Virus record (IMG/VR): IMGVR_UViG_3300025016_000004
Length of the DNA stretch: 64,000 bases
Direction: 5' to 3' (one strand)
Origin: a virus
Lineage: Duplodnaviria; Caudoviricetes
Within the stretch, counting starts at the first letter, position 1. Each line of letters opens with the position of its first letter. The translations under genes were made by a program, and so were the position numbers. Shown piece after piece: positions 19,709 to 29,496 of this stretch. Under the pieces are notes generated by a model. The model worked only from the letters and a program-made list of their open reading frames with translations. It had not been told where the DNA came from and made no database searches.

Positions 19709-19804
19709 ATGAGAAACTTAATTAACATATTTGAAAACGAATTTTTCGCAGCCGAGGCAGATTTTAGCTTGGGTAGGATGAGAATTGTCAAAAATGAAAG
19801 TTAA
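19709..19804 (+). promoter_or_regulatory. Leader peptide B (MRNLINIFENEFFAAEADFSLGRMRIVKNES) of tRNA-operon attenuator
   Basis: F/E/A/D block; GGATGAGA (19776-19783) is complementary to the terminator 5' arm; promoter at 19653. Confidence 0.88.
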
Positions 19805-19835
19805 GTTATTTAAAAAATAATAAAAACAATAAGAC

Positions 19836-19869
19836 AAAATCTCATCCAAATCGGATGAGATTTTTTTTT
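19836..19869 (+). terminator. Attenuator terminator B
   Basis: AAAATCTCATCC-AAATC-GGATGAGATTTTTTTTT, 9 nt before tRNA-Asp. Confidence 0.9.
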
Positions 19870-19878
19870 GTTATAAAC

Positions 19879-19951
19879 GGATGTGAGGTGTTGTAGGTAA
19901 CATGCTTGACTGTCACTCAAGCGATTGCGGGTTCGACCCCCGTGACATCCG
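19879..19951 (+). tRNA. tRNA-Asp(GTC)
   Basis: CTTGA-CTGTCAC-TCAAG, G73. Confidence 0.9.
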
Positions 19952-20036
19952 CAAAATTAAATTTGATTATCATGGGATAAATAAAGAAGTGATTAAGAAT
20001 TTCCTACTTAATCGAGATGAAACTGGAAGAGAGATA

Positions 20037-20294
20037 ATGTTCTATCCAGAAACAGGAAAAAAGTATTATATTGAATGGATAGGTGATGGTTATAGTAAAT
20101 GGGGAGATTTCGACCCAGTAACTAAAAAATTCACTGGTAATTATGGAACTAAATATAGAGGTTCAGTAACACCTAAAGAATCTGTAATCACTAAAGAGAA
20201 TGGATTCAATGATATTCATGAAGGTAAAGGTTCAGCGTATGAACACGTAAATTGGTTGCATAACCAATGGAAAAAAGAAAATGGTTATGGGTAA
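20037..20294 (+). CDS. Hypothetical protein (start uncertain)
   Basis: The upstream part of the listed ORF overlaps tRNA-Asp. Confidence 0.5.
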   Translation: MFYPETGKKYYIEWIGDGYSKWGDFDPVTKKFTGNYGTKYRGSVTPKESVITKENGFNDIHEGKGSAYEHVNWLHNQWKKENGYG

Positions 20295-20457
20295 GATTGA
20301 TAAAAAGAGAAATAGATTAATTGAGAGAATCAAAATGTTAGAAGATGAATTAACTTTATCTTTAACTAAAAAAACCTCTAATACTGTGGAAATTAATGTA
20401 CCACTTCAACAAAGAAAGATTCAGGAGTTGAAAGAACAATTAAGAGGGTTAATGTAA
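20287..20457 (+). CDS. Small hypothetical protein
   Basis: MGKIDKKRNRLIERIKMLEDEL.. read from sequence. Confidence 0.55.
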   Translation: MGKIDKKRNRLIERIKMLEDELTLSLTKKTSNTVEINVPLQQRKIQELKEQLRGLM

Positions 20458-20463
20458 CCCTCA

Positions 20464-20554
20464 AACAGTACCAGCGCATAACGGTTGGTGTACCTGACTG
20501 TCACTCAGGTTTGGTTTATCCATGTAGCGGGTTCGACTCCCGTTGTAGTTGCCA
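20464..20554 (+). tRNA. tRNA-Asp(GTC), long variable region, weak acceptor, encoded CCA
   Basis: CCTGA-CTGTCAC-TCAGG; GCGGG-TTCGACT-CCCGT. Confidence 0.7.
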
Positions 20555-20615
20555 AAAATAAAACAAAGAATCATTGTTTTAACCCTTGTCGGGGAGGTTT
20601 TTAAATGGTTCATAA

Positions 20616-20686
20616 GGGGACTTCGAATAATGGTAGTTCGTATGGTTGAAGCCCATAAGGTAAGAGTTCGACTCTCTTAGTTCCCA
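20616..20686 (+). tRNA. tRNA-Phe(GAA)
   Basis: GGGGACT/AGTTCCC, loop TTGAAGC. Confidence 0.85.
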
Positions 20687-20693
20687 CAAATTT

Positions 20694-20767
20694 GCTGCCG
20701 TAGTATAGCGGTCAAGTACACAAGGCTTTCAACCTTGCAGACGCCAGTTCGAATCTGGTCGGCAGTA
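20694..20767 (+). tRNA. tRNA-Glu(TTC)
   Basis: GCTGCCG/CGGCAGT, loop CTTTCAA. Confidence 0.92.
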
Positions 20768-20870
20768 CAAATAATAATGGTCGGGTAGAGCATAATAAGT
20801 TATTTGACATTTTGGTAGAATTTATTTTTTAAAAAATGTGTCTTTTAATAAAAACTTCATATTTATTAAT

Positions 20871-21362
20871 ATGAGTAGAGACGAAAAGATTATAGAAATG
20901 TATAACGCTGGTGAAACAGCCACAGTTATATCAAAAGAATTAAAAATAGGTAGGAAAACAGTTTATAGAACTTTAGATAAGTTTAATATAACATTACATA
21001 AAAATAAACCTAATAATTGTCTAGTGTGTGGTAAGACATCTAAAAAGAAGTTATGTGGTACGTGTAACACTAATCTAAGGAGATATAGAGTCAAGAAATT
21101 AGCTGTTGAATATCTAGGTGGTGAATGTAAAAGATGTGGTTGGGAGGGTGATGTATCAGGATTTGATTTTCATCATAAAGACCCAAATCAAAAAGATTTT
21201 AATCCAAGTGGTTTAAACTTGGCTAATAAATCTTGGGAAAGGGGTAAAGAAGAATTGGATAAGTGTGAATTATTATGTGCACTGTGTCACAGATTAGAAC
21301 ATAGCACTTATGGGATTTTAGAAAAAATAAATTTAGAGTATAAAGGTAAAACCTTTCTATAA
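20871..21362 (+). CDS. HTH plus HNH endonuclease
   Basis: C..C zinc fingers, FDFHH..KCELLCALCHRLEH; stop abuts tRNA-Phe. Confidence 0.88.
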   Translation: MSRDEKIIEMYNAGETATVISKELKIGRKTVYRTLDKFNITLHKNKPNNCLVCGKTSKKKLCGTCNTNLRRYRVKKLAVEYLGGECKRCGWEGDVSGFDFHHKDPNQKDFNPSGLNLANKSWERGKEELDKCELLCALCHRLEHSTYGILEKINLEYKGKTFL

Positions 21363-21435
21363 GGCTTGGTAACTCAGTTGGTAGAGTAGTGGACTGAAAA
21401 TCCATATGTCACTGGTTCGATTCCAGTTCAAGCCA
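21363..21435 (+). tRNA. tRNA-Phe(GAA)
   Basis: GGCTTGG/TCAAGCC, loop CTGAAAA. Confidence 0.93.
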
Positions 21436-21585
21436 CTATACCAAAAAGTTATTGAAGAACCATGTGTCGTTGGTTCGATTCCAACTCCGACCACAAATTG
21501 TGATAGTTAATCCTCTTATCTATGAAGTCTTAGGTAATGAAACTAGTCTCGGTAGACAATGTGCACATTGATTCTACCCAAATAT

Positions 21586-21657
21586 GGCCCATTCGTCTAA
21601 TGGTTAGGACGACAGGTTTTCGACCTGTAAACGAGAGTTCGACTCTCTCATGGGCTA
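21586..21657 (+). tRNA. tRNA-Glu(TTC)
   Basis: GGCCCAT/ATGGGCT, loop TTTTCGA. Confidence 0.92.
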
Positions 21658-21689
21658 CAAGTTTGCAAACTAAGGTTATTAATTTCCTT

Positions 21690-21755
21690 GGGGGTATCGT
21701 CTAACTGGTTAGGATAGCTATTGGTAAGATATGGGTTCGAGTCCCATTGTTTCCA
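21690..21755 (+). pseudogene. Degenerate tRNA lacking anticodon arm
   Basis: D arm GTCTAACTGGTTAGGAT and T arm ATGGG-TTCGAGT-CCCAT present. Confidence 0.5.
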
Positions 21756-21767
21756 AAAAATTAATAT

Positions 21768-21842
21768 GGTTTATCGTCTAAATGGCAAAAGATACTGTGC
21801 GTGTCAGTACAGAGATGGAGGTTCGAGCCCTCCGAAAACCGC
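21768..21842 (+). tRNA. tRNA-like gene, identity uncertain (8-nt anticodon loop containing GTC/GTG)
   Basis: GGAGG-TTCGAGC-CCTCC T arm; GGTTT/AAACC acceptor. Confidence 0.45.
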
Positions 21843-21931
21843 AATATGGGGGGCACATGTACCAAGGCAAGGCGTTGGACATTTACCTAAACTTATGTGG
21901 TCGTTTCGATTATTTTGTGATATTTATTAAT

Positions 21932-22573
21932 ATGAAAGAATGTCCAAAGTGTGGTAATAACCACCATAAAAAGGGTAAGTTTTGTTCTAGGTCTTGTGCT
22001 AATAGTAGAACTTGGTCCAAAGAAGATAAAAGTAAAAAATCTGAAATCGCTAAAAAATCTGAAAAAGTTTTATTGGCCAATCGTGACCCTGAAAGAAGAA
22101 AGAATCTCTCAATATCAGCAAAAGCCCAAGCAAAAGTTGGTAACATTAATTGGAGTAAATTACATACTAAAGATGTTATTAACAAGGCCTTAAAAACTAA
22201 AAAGCTTAAAAGGGAACTATGGTTAGATTCATTTGATAGGAGTGATAAAATTGAATACCGTAAAGCTTGTAAATTTAAATTTAGTCTTAATTCATACCCA
22301 GATAAATTTGATTTTTGGTTGATTGAAGAGTATGGCTGGTATAAAGCTAAAAATATGGGTGACAATCCAAATGGGATAAGTAGAGACCATATGTACTCAA
22401 TTAGTGAAGGATTTAAAAATGGTGTTGACCCGTATTATATTAGTCACCCAGCCAATTGTAAATTAATGAGGCATGGTGAAAATAATAAAAAAGATGGTAA
22501 AAGTAGTATTAATCTAGAAGATTTAATAAAAAAAGTTAATAAATGGGATAATAAATATGGGCCGTTAGCATAA
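21932..22573 (+). CDS. Zn-finger plus HNH endonuclease
   Basis: CPKC..FCSRSC; SRDH..HPANC..H.EN; 3' end overlaps tRNA-Ala. Confidence 0.82.
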   Translation: MKECPKCGNNHHKKGKFCSRSCANSRTWSKEDKSKKSEIAKKSEKVLLANRDPERRKNLSISAKAQAKVGNINWSKLHTKDVINKALKTKKLKRELWLDSFDRSDKIEYRKACKFKFSLNSYPDKFDFWLIEEYGWYKAKNMGDNPNGISRDHMYSISEGFKNGVDPYYISHPANCKLMRHGENNKKDGKSSINLEDLIKKVNKWDNKYGPLA

Positions 22574-22631
22574 ATGGCAAATGCTCTTCATTTGCAATGA
22601 GGAAGATTGGGTTCGAATCCCAGCGTGTCCA
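22559..22631 (+). tRNA. tRNA-Ala(TGC)
   Basis: CTTCA-TTTGCAA-TGAGG; G3-U70; bulged acceptor. Confidence 0.82.
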
Positions 22632-22805
22632 CAATGTCCGAGAGAAGGATTCGATTTCCTTTGTCTCCACAAACATTCTTTACTTATGAATATAATTTAT
22701 TATATTATATTTATGAGTAAGGATTATCGAAAATTATACGAAACTACCCACGGTGAACTACCCACACACTAAAAAGATGTGTGGGCTTCCTGCACAACGC
22801 ACAGC

Positions 22806-23924
22806 CTAATGGCTCACGTTAGCGTACAAAGGGTTGTCCCTAACCCCGAAATTCTTTATGTTATATGCAGCGTTTACATCTCTATCAATTGAATTACCGC
22901 ACTTATCACAATCATAAGTTCTATCTAAAAGTTTTAAATCTTTCTTGTGGTTTCCACAGTTAGAACATACTTTACTGCTTGGTTCAAACCTTCCAATTAC
23001 AACAAGATTTTTACCTTGCCATTCAGTCTTATATTCAAGCATTGTTCTTAATTGTCGCCAACCCATATCAGATATTGCTTTAGCTAAATTATGGTTCTTA
23101 ACCATATTACTAACAGACAAATCTTCCAATACAATTGTATTATAAGATTTAACTAATTCAGTAGATATTTTGTGCAAGTAATCAGTCCTTTGGTTACGAA
23201 TTTTTTCTTGCAGTAATGCTACTTTTAATTTTTGTTTTTCTCTATTTATTGAGTCTTTCTGTTTTCTTGCAAGGCTTCTTTGTTCAACTCTTAATCTTCT
23301 TTGTTGTGATTTAAAGAAGTTTTTATTTTCATATACTACACCATCAGAAGTAATAGCTAAATCTTTAATTCCAAAATCAATACCAACAGATGTTTCAGTT
23401 TTAATTGATTTTTTCTTTGGTTTTTCGGTTTGAGTATCAACCAATATTGAAACAAAATATTTACCAGTTACTGTTTTAGTTAATGTAACTCTTTTAGGTA
23501 AACCTTTAAATTCTCTGTGGTAATCAATAGCAACTTCTTTTAATTTAGGTAGCTTTAGTATTCCCTCTTTAAACGATATTTCAAATCCTTGTGGAAACGT
23601 AATTGACTGTTTGGAATACTTATTTTTAAATTTAGGAAATTGACCTTTACCCTTAAAAAAGTTTTGATATGCTGTATCTAAATTGATTATGCTATGTTGT
23701 AATACTTGACTTGGACATTCTTTAATGTAGTCAAATTCTTTTCTCAATTCTGGAAGTTGTTTTATTAAATCATATTTAGATATTGATTTTTTATTTGAGG
23801 CATACGCAACAGTCTTGGTTTCCAACCCCAAATTATAGACAAGTCTATTTACACCAAAATACCTTTGTAGTTGGTCTTTTTGGTCATCTGTTGGAAATAT
23901 TCTGTATTTGTATCCTTTAAGCAT
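22806..23924 (-). CDS. tnpB: IS605 TnpB RNA-guided nuclease
   Basis: HTH YKYRIFP, GIDFG (RuvC I), LEDL, SKVCSNCG Zn finger, DRDVNAA. Confidence 0.95.
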   Translation of the reverse strand: MLKGYKYRIFPTDDQKDQLQRYFGVNRLVYNLGLETKTVAYASNKKSISKYDLIKQLPELRKEFDYIKECPSQVLQHSIINLDTAYQNFFKGKGQFPKFKNKYSKQSITFPQGFEISFKEGILKLPKLKEVAIDYHREFKGLPKRVTLTKTVTGKYFVSILVDTQTEKPKKKSIKTETSVGIDFGIKDLAITSDGVVYENKNFFKSQQRRLRVEQRSLARKQKDSINREKQKLKVALLQEKIRNQRTDYLHKISTELVKSYNTIVLEDLSVSNMVKNHNLAKAISDMGWRQLRTMLEYKTEWQGKNLVVIGRFEPSSKVCSNCGNHKKDLKLLDRTYDCDKCGNSIDRDVNAAYNIKNFGVRDNPLYANVSH

Positions 23925-24070
23925 ATATTATTAAATAGTCTAAACTTTTGTAAAAGTACAATATTTTTATCTAAATCACAAACTTTGGTTAAAATTAATT
24001 TATTTCATACCGTATTTTGTTTAAATCATTCCGTCTTTGGTTGTAAATAATTTAAACAAAATACTACATT

Positions 24071-24475
24071 ATGCAATCAAATTACATTTCTACAAACCAT
24101 TCAAAACATTATCTTAAAGCACATATTATATTGGTTACAAAATATCGTAAACCATTATTAGTTAATCAACTTAAAGAAGATATGTATGTAATATTCAACA
24201 ACATCATAGATAATTCAGATTTTAATGTAGAGGTATTTCAAAGTGATATAGACCACATACATTTCTTAATTAGGTACATACCTCGTTTGTCTATATCTCA
24301 AATTGTACGTAGGTTAAAACAACAATCTACATATCATATTTGGCAATTACATTCAACATTGCTTCGTAGGGAGTATTGGTACAAAAGTATGTTTTGGTCA
24401 GCAGGGTATTTCGTTTGCTCTATTGGTGAAGCAAGTCCAGATACTATTCGTCAATATATTTTAAGTCAAGGTTAA
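24071..24475 (+). CDS. tnpA: IS200 Y1 transposase
   Basis: DHIHFLI HUH motif, W..GYF..SIG, IRQYI. Confidence 0.95.
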   Translation: MQSNYISTNHSKHYLKAHIILVTKYRKPLLVNQLKEDMYVIFNNIIDNSDFNVEVFQSDIDHIHFLIRYIPRLSISQIVRRLKQQSTYHIWQLHSTLLRREYWYKSMFWSAGYFVCSIGEASPDTIRQYILSQG

Positions 24476-24575
24476 TTACTACATTTGTCGCTTACATTTT
24501 GTGAATTTAAACAAATATTTGGTTTTGTCAAAATAATATTGTATTTTTGCAAAAGTTTAGACTATTTAATAATAT

Positions 24576-25743
24576 ATGCTTAAAGGATTTAAATATAGAT
24601 TATACCCAACAAACTCACAAAAAGAGTTGATTGCCAAACATATTGGTAGTAGTCGTTTTGTGTATAACCTTGCATTAGAAACAAAAATACAGCGTATTTA
24701 GGTTCTAAACATAATTTTTCTCCTTTTGACTTAATCAAACAACTACCAGAACTTAAAAAAGAATGTGAGTGGTTAAAAGAAGTCAACAGCCAATCATTAC
24801 AACAATCTATACAAAATATGGATATTGCATTTAAGAAATTCTTTAAAGGTGCAGGTTTTCCAAAATTCAAATCTAAACATAAAGGAAAACAATCTTTTTC
24901 AATTCCACAAAACGTAATAGTTGAAAATGACCTTTTGATTATTCCTAAATTCAAAGAAGGAATTAATATAGTTTTGCATAGAGAAATTAAAGGAACAATT
25001 AAAAGTGCTACCATAAGTGTTACCCCAACAGGTAAATATTTTGTTTCAGTATTGGTTGATACTAATACTGAAATGCCTATTAAAGCACCTATTAAAGAAA
25101 ACACAACATTGACTTGGGTATTAAAGATTTTGCAATTACATCTGATGGTGAAGTATTTGAAAATCCAAAGAACTTACGAAAAGCACAAAGTAAACTAAAA
25201 TATGTACAACGTAAATATTCAAAAAACAAAGGTAAACACACTAAACACCGTCTTGCCTTACTACACGAAAAAGTAGTAAACAAACGTAAAGATTTTCTGC
25301 ATAAAACATCCACTAAATTAATTCGTGAGAACCAAACAATTTGTTTAGAGGATTTGGCAGTAAGTAATATGGTCAAAAACCACAATTTAGCACAAGCAAT
25401 AAATGATGTAAGCTGGTCAACTTTTGTAACTATGTTGGAATACAAGGCTGAATGGTATGGTAAAAACATTCTACGTATAGGACGTTTTGCACCATCATCC
25501 AAGACTTGCAACTGTTGTGGATACATAAATAAAGAACTGACACTAAAAGATAGGTCTTGGACTTGCCAAAAGTGTAATTCTGTTCTTGATAGAGATGTAA
25601 ACGCTGCCATAAATATTAAATTATTTGCATTAAAAAATATTTTGAGTGGGGAACACACTCTTAAAAATCATGATGAACTGCCCACATTAGTGAGAGTGCT
25701 GACTCATGAAGCCCATCCCATCGGCTCTGCCGTGGGTGGGTAG
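24576..25743 (+). pseudogene. tnpB: tnpB with two frameshifts (~24690, ~25110)
   Basis: TnpB motifs spread over three frames. Confidence 0.88.
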
Positions 25744-25995
25744 TTCACGTTTTCCACATGATGGTTATATGGTAAATTTTGATAAATATCAATTATTAAT
25801 GAAATAAATGGATAGCGAATCTTTAATAGAAGAGTTAAAATTTAACGATAAATGGCTTACTGATGAATATAAGCAAAGTGCGTATTATCGGGAATATTTG
25901 CATTTAATCTTTAAAAAGTTAGAAAATTTATATAAATAATTTGTTTATGTAAATTTTTTTTTGTATCATTGCTTAAATATTAAAAATAACAAATT

Positions 25996-26664
25996 ATGAA
26001 AAACAAAAACATTATTTATGCAATCGGAGTCATATTGTTAATAGCGCAAATAGGCTTCATGGTAACCAAATGTCAACCAGATAACTGTACTAAAACAGTT
26101 TATAAACAAAAAGTAACAGCTGGAATGACACTTAAATCTTCATCCAGTAAAGCATATACAGCTGAAGGATTCATTCCTAGTACAAAAGAAACACCAGTTT
26201 GGATGGATTGGGAAAGTAGAAATATTGATATTAATAACCTTAGTGGGAGATATTTTTCGGGGATGATTAAAAATGACATAGACCAAACTTATTCTGTAGG
26301 CCCATGGATTGGATTCCAAAGTTCAATTACAATACCTGAAGGTAAAGAACTTCATATGAGGTCAGTAAATTGTATAATTAAAGGTGATATAAATGGAAGC
26401 GGTACGTTAATATTTGAAAGCTATCAAGAAGATAAAGCTTATAACACTCCAGTTGGTGCCAAATTGATAGTTGAAGGTACTGTTGCGAGTTCAATAAATC
26501 TAGTATTAAATGCCAATGCAACAGTTGAAACTGGAATTACATTAAGTGATAATGATACTGGAATAAGTAATAAAATTAAAGTAGACGTACCATGTGATTG
26601 GCCTATGAATGAGCCAATTAAAGATGAGAATGGTGTGTTATGGATATATACTGAATATAAATAA
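25996..26664 (+). CDS. Predicted exported or membrane-anchored protein
   Basis: N-terminal signal or TM segment. Confidence 0.7.
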   Translation: MKNKNIIYAIGVILLIAQIGFMVTKCQPDNCTKTVYKQKVTAGMTLKSSSSKAYTAEGFIPSTKETPVWMDWESRNIDINNLSGRYFSGMIKNDIDQTYSVGPWIGFQSSITIPEGKELHMRSVNCIIKGDINGSGTLIFESYQEDKAYNTPVGAKLIVEGTVASSINLVLNANATVETGITLSDNDTGISNKIKVDVPCDWPMNEPIKDENGVLWIYTEYK

Positions 26665-26793
26665 ATATGAGAATAGGGCCGTTATATATCTATACAGGTA
26701 ATGGCATATTCTGGTTTCGAATATGGGGTAAAGGGTTAGCTTTTAGAAATAAAAACCATAAAAACTTTTATGGTAAATTTTCGGAAAGAATGG

Positions 26794-26824
26794 GCAAGTC
26801 TAAATATTTAGACTTGCTTTCTTT
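26794..26824 (+). terminator. Palindromic hairpin, possible terminator
   Basis: GCAAGTCTAAAT-ATTTAGACTTGC followed by T-rich tract. Confidence 0.55.
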
Positions 26825-26845
26825 TCGTATAACATTATTAAAATA

Positions 26846-27298
26846 ATGGAAGATAAATTTAGAGTTATAATTGCTGGTGGTAGGGACTTCGATGATTTTA
26901 GAACGTTATCTGAATTCTGTATGCACATACTTCAAAATAAACAAAATGTTGAAGTGGTTTCTGGTAAAGCAAATGGGGCTGATAAATTAGGTGAACAATT
27001 TGCTAGATTTATGGGTTATCCAATAAAAGAATTTCCAGCAAATTGGGACAGTGTTGAAGATAAACCAGAAAGTCAAATTGGGTGTGATAAATCAGGCAAA
27101 CCTTATTGGAAAATCGCTGGAATGGTGCGTAATAAAGAAATGGCTGAATATGCTGATGCGTTGATTGCTTTCTGGGATAAATCATCTAAAGGCACAGCCC
27201 ACATGATAGATTTAGCAAAAAAAATGAATTTAAAGGTTAGAATATACAAATACGAACAACCAATAAAAGAAGAAGATATACCTTGGTGGAAACAATAA
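26846..27298 (+). CDS. SLOG/YspA (DUF2493-like) protein
   Basis: VIIAGGRDF, VVSGKANGAD, AGMVRNKEMAEYADALIAFWD..KGT. Confidence 0.88.
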   Translation: MEDKFRVIIAGGRDFDDFRTLSEFCMHILQNKQNVEVVSGKANGADKLGEQFARFMGYPIKEFPANWDSVEDKPESQIGCDKSGKPYWKIAGMVRNKEMAEYADALIAFWDKSSKGTAHMIDLAKKMNLKVRIYKYEQPIKEEDIPWWKQ

Positions 27299-27299
27299 T

Positions 27300-27764
27300 A
27301 TGGAGATAACAAATGGTGCGTTTATAATAGATAGTTTAGGGAAGATATTGGTTACTCATGCAATGGGTCATACATTAGCTGTATGGTCAGTACCTAAAGG
27401 ATTATACGAAGAAGGTGAAACTTCAAAAGAAGCTGCAATCAGAGAAGCTTTAGAAGAAACTAATTTAGATTTGAAACTTTATGAGAATATTACATTTTAT
27501 AAAGATTTAGGAATAGAATCATATTCTAGTAAGAATAAAAAGATACAAGGTCACTTGTTTTTAGTCGATTTCCCGCTGTCTGAATTGAATTTAGACTTGA
27601 CATGCGTTAGCATGTTTGAATGCACCTATACGGGCATGCAATTACCTGAGAACGATATTACTATATGGGAGACGTTAGACTTCGCAGAAAGGTTATTACA
27701 TGAGTCTCAAAAAAAGTTTTTAAAAAAAATAACAAAATTATTTGTTAGTAAACAATTAAAATAG
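27300..27764 (+). CDS. Nudix hydrolase
   Basis: PKG.YEEGETSKEAAIREALEETNL Nudix box. Confidence 0.9.
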   Translation: MEITNGAFIIDSLGKILVTHAMGHTLAVWSVPKGLYEEGETSKEAAIREALEETNLDLKLYENITFYKDLGIESYSSKNKKIQGHLFLVDFPLSELNLDLTCVSMFECTYTGMQLPENDITIWETLDFAERLLHESQKKFLKKITKLFVSKQLK

Positions 27765-27790
27765 TATATTTGCTTAAATAAAAAGAAACG

Positions 27791-28000
27791 ATGGCGAACA
27801 AAAAAATTAAATTGAGTAAGCCTAGCAAATCTTGTGCTGGGTTAAATTTTAAGGTTAGGTTTAAATTTGATAACAAAAATGGTTATTTTATTGTAACTAA
27901 CAGTAAGGGAAAACAAATAGATAGTAAACAATTTAACAACCATGATGAAGCATTAGTGTTCGCTAAGGGGTTAAATGATAAAACAATTAATGATGAGTAG
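27791..28000 (+). CDS. Hypothetical protein
   Basis: ORF after TATATTTG promoter. Confidence 0.6.
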   Translation: MANKKIKLSKPSKSCAGLNFKVRFKFDNKNGYFIVTNSKGKQIDSKQFNNHDEALVFAKGLNDKTINDE

Positions 28001-29330
28001 AAAAATAACGTCAAATAAAGATTTCGAAGGTTGGGATGAAGAGGTCAACGAAGCAACTGCTATAGATATGGGTGAAGATTTTTATTATGATGAAGAGGTC
28101 ACTTCAAGAAATAATTATAAATCGAAGGTTAGTTTTTATGATGAAGTAAATAAACCAATCATGGCGATATTTTTTAACTTCTTTAATCTGTTAAGTCATA
28201 AACGAACTAATGAAGGAGTCGAATCTTATGAAGGTGTTAAATTTAAAGGTATCTTAAATATAGATAATAACTATATTGATTATTTACCTGATTATCCACC
28301 TGTGGTGTTTGAATATACTGTTTTAATTAGTATTAATGGTAATAATATGACTTTTGTTTTATTAGCGTTTAGAGAAGGTGGTCAAGTTAGAAATTTAGTT
28401 AGATTAAGTAGCTTAGATGATGATGATATTAAATCTCATGTAGTATATGATAAGTTATTTAAATTAGCTGTTGATAGTTCCAACTTAAAAGGTAGTTATT
28501 TAACAATCGCTGATGAGTTTTTAGAGTGGAAAATACGTGACCTTAAAGAATTATCTTTTGATAATGTATTCTTACCTGAAGATTTGATGGATGATTTAAA
28601 TATGTACATTAAGTTATTCGAGAAGAAAGGGGTGCTACCTAGATACATGTTTAGTGGTGCGCCAGGAACGGGTAAAACCGAGTCAACTAGGGCGATTAGT
28701 AAACTTTTGAATAATCAAAATGTTACAATCATTAAAACAAATATCTGTAAAATCATTAAAGACAAATTTGAATTGGCTAAAATTTTAGCACCTTGTGTGT
28801 TGATATTAGATGATATTGATTTATATCTAGGTGATAGGAATCATGGTTCATATAGCCCATTATTAGGTGCTTTCTTAGATATATTAGATGGTGTTGACAA
28901 ATTACCTGATAATGTAGGTGTTATTGCAAGTACAAATGCGCCACATTTAATTGATTTAGCCGCACAGAGGCCAGGCCGTTTCCATAAATTATTATTCTTT
29001 GATGAATTGACAAATGAAAATGTTAAGTCGATAATTATTAAATCATTAGAAAATTTAGATAAAAAATATAATTCAGTAAGTGAAGAGGATATAAAAATAT
29101 TAACTGATGAAATGTTGGTTAATTTCTTTAAATCAGAAGGGTTTACTGGCGCATTTATTTATGAAGCAATTCAAGATTTTAAAAATAAATCTGAAATTTT
29201 AGAAACTCCGTTAGACTTAGCTAAAATTATAGCTGAAATCAGTAAAAAGAATACGACGTTAGAAAATAAATTAAAGAGTGCTACCATCGATAGTAAACTT
29301 AAAAAAAGTAGTAAAAAACTAGGTTATTAA
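27975..29330 (+). CDS. AAA+ ATPase
   Basis: GAPGTGKT, ILDDID, RPGRF. Confidence 0.9.
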   Translation: MIKQLMMSRKITSNKDFEGWDEEVNEATAIDMGEDFYYDEEVTSRNNYKSKVSFYDEVNKPIMAIFFNFFNLLSHKRTNEGVESYEGVKFKGILNIDNNYIDYLPDYPPVVFEYTVLISINGNNMTFVLLAFREGGQVRNLVRLSSLDDDDIKSHVVYDKLFKLAVDSSNLKGSYLTIADEFLEWKIRDLKELSFDNVFLPEDLMDDLNMYIKLFEKKGVLPRYMFSGAPGTGKTESTRAISKLLNNQNVTIIKTNICKIIKDKFELAKILAPCVLILDDIDLYLGDRNHGSYSPLLGAFLDILDGVDKLPDNVGVIASTNAPHLIDLAAQRPGRFHKLLFFDELTNENVKSIIIKSLENLDKKYNSVSEEDIKILTDEMLVNFFKSEGFTGAFIYEAIQDFKNKSEILETPLDLAKIIAEISKKNTTLENKLKSATIDSKLKKSSKKLGY

Positions 29331-29496
29331 AAAAAGTTAAAAAATATTTGGTAGTTTAAAATATTATTCATATCGTTGCGACATCAATAACATTAAAAAT
29401 TTTAAAATGACAAAATCAAAAGGATTATTCGGCAAGTTAATGGCCTTGGTGTACCAATTAGTTTTAGACAAGCTTTAAGCCCAACAAGTAATTTAT

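Larger units (their letters stand above)
20779..21493 (+). pseudogene. Split tRNA-Phe: 5' remnant 20779-20792, 3' half 21452-21493
   Basis: GGTCGGG/TCCGACC acceptor; TGAAGAA-CCATG..GTTGG-TTCGATT-CCAAC. Confidence 0.65.
21849..22669 (+). pseudogene. Split tRNA-Ala(TGC): 5' half 21849-21884, 3' half 22632-22669
   Basis: GGGGGCA/TGTCTCC acceptor (G3-U70); GGACA-TTT|CAA-TGTCC anticodon arm. Confidence 0.78.
22753..25748. mobile_element. Compound IS200/IS605 locus: RE-tnpB(-)-tnpA(+)-partial LE-tnpB pseudogene(+)-RE
   Basis: GTGAACTACCC at 22753; GGGTAGTTCAC at 25748; LE fragment GTCGCTTACAT at 24487. Confidence 0.85.

Noticed and set aside
21500-21580. Hammerhead ribozyme (CTATGA..GAAAC)
   Set aside because: The core lacks the full CUGAUGA and I could not build stems I-III.
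22730-22760. Apparent duplicated IS right end (AACTACCCAC twice)
   Set aside because: Equally explained as coding sequence of the truncated HNH-type ORF (YETTHG).
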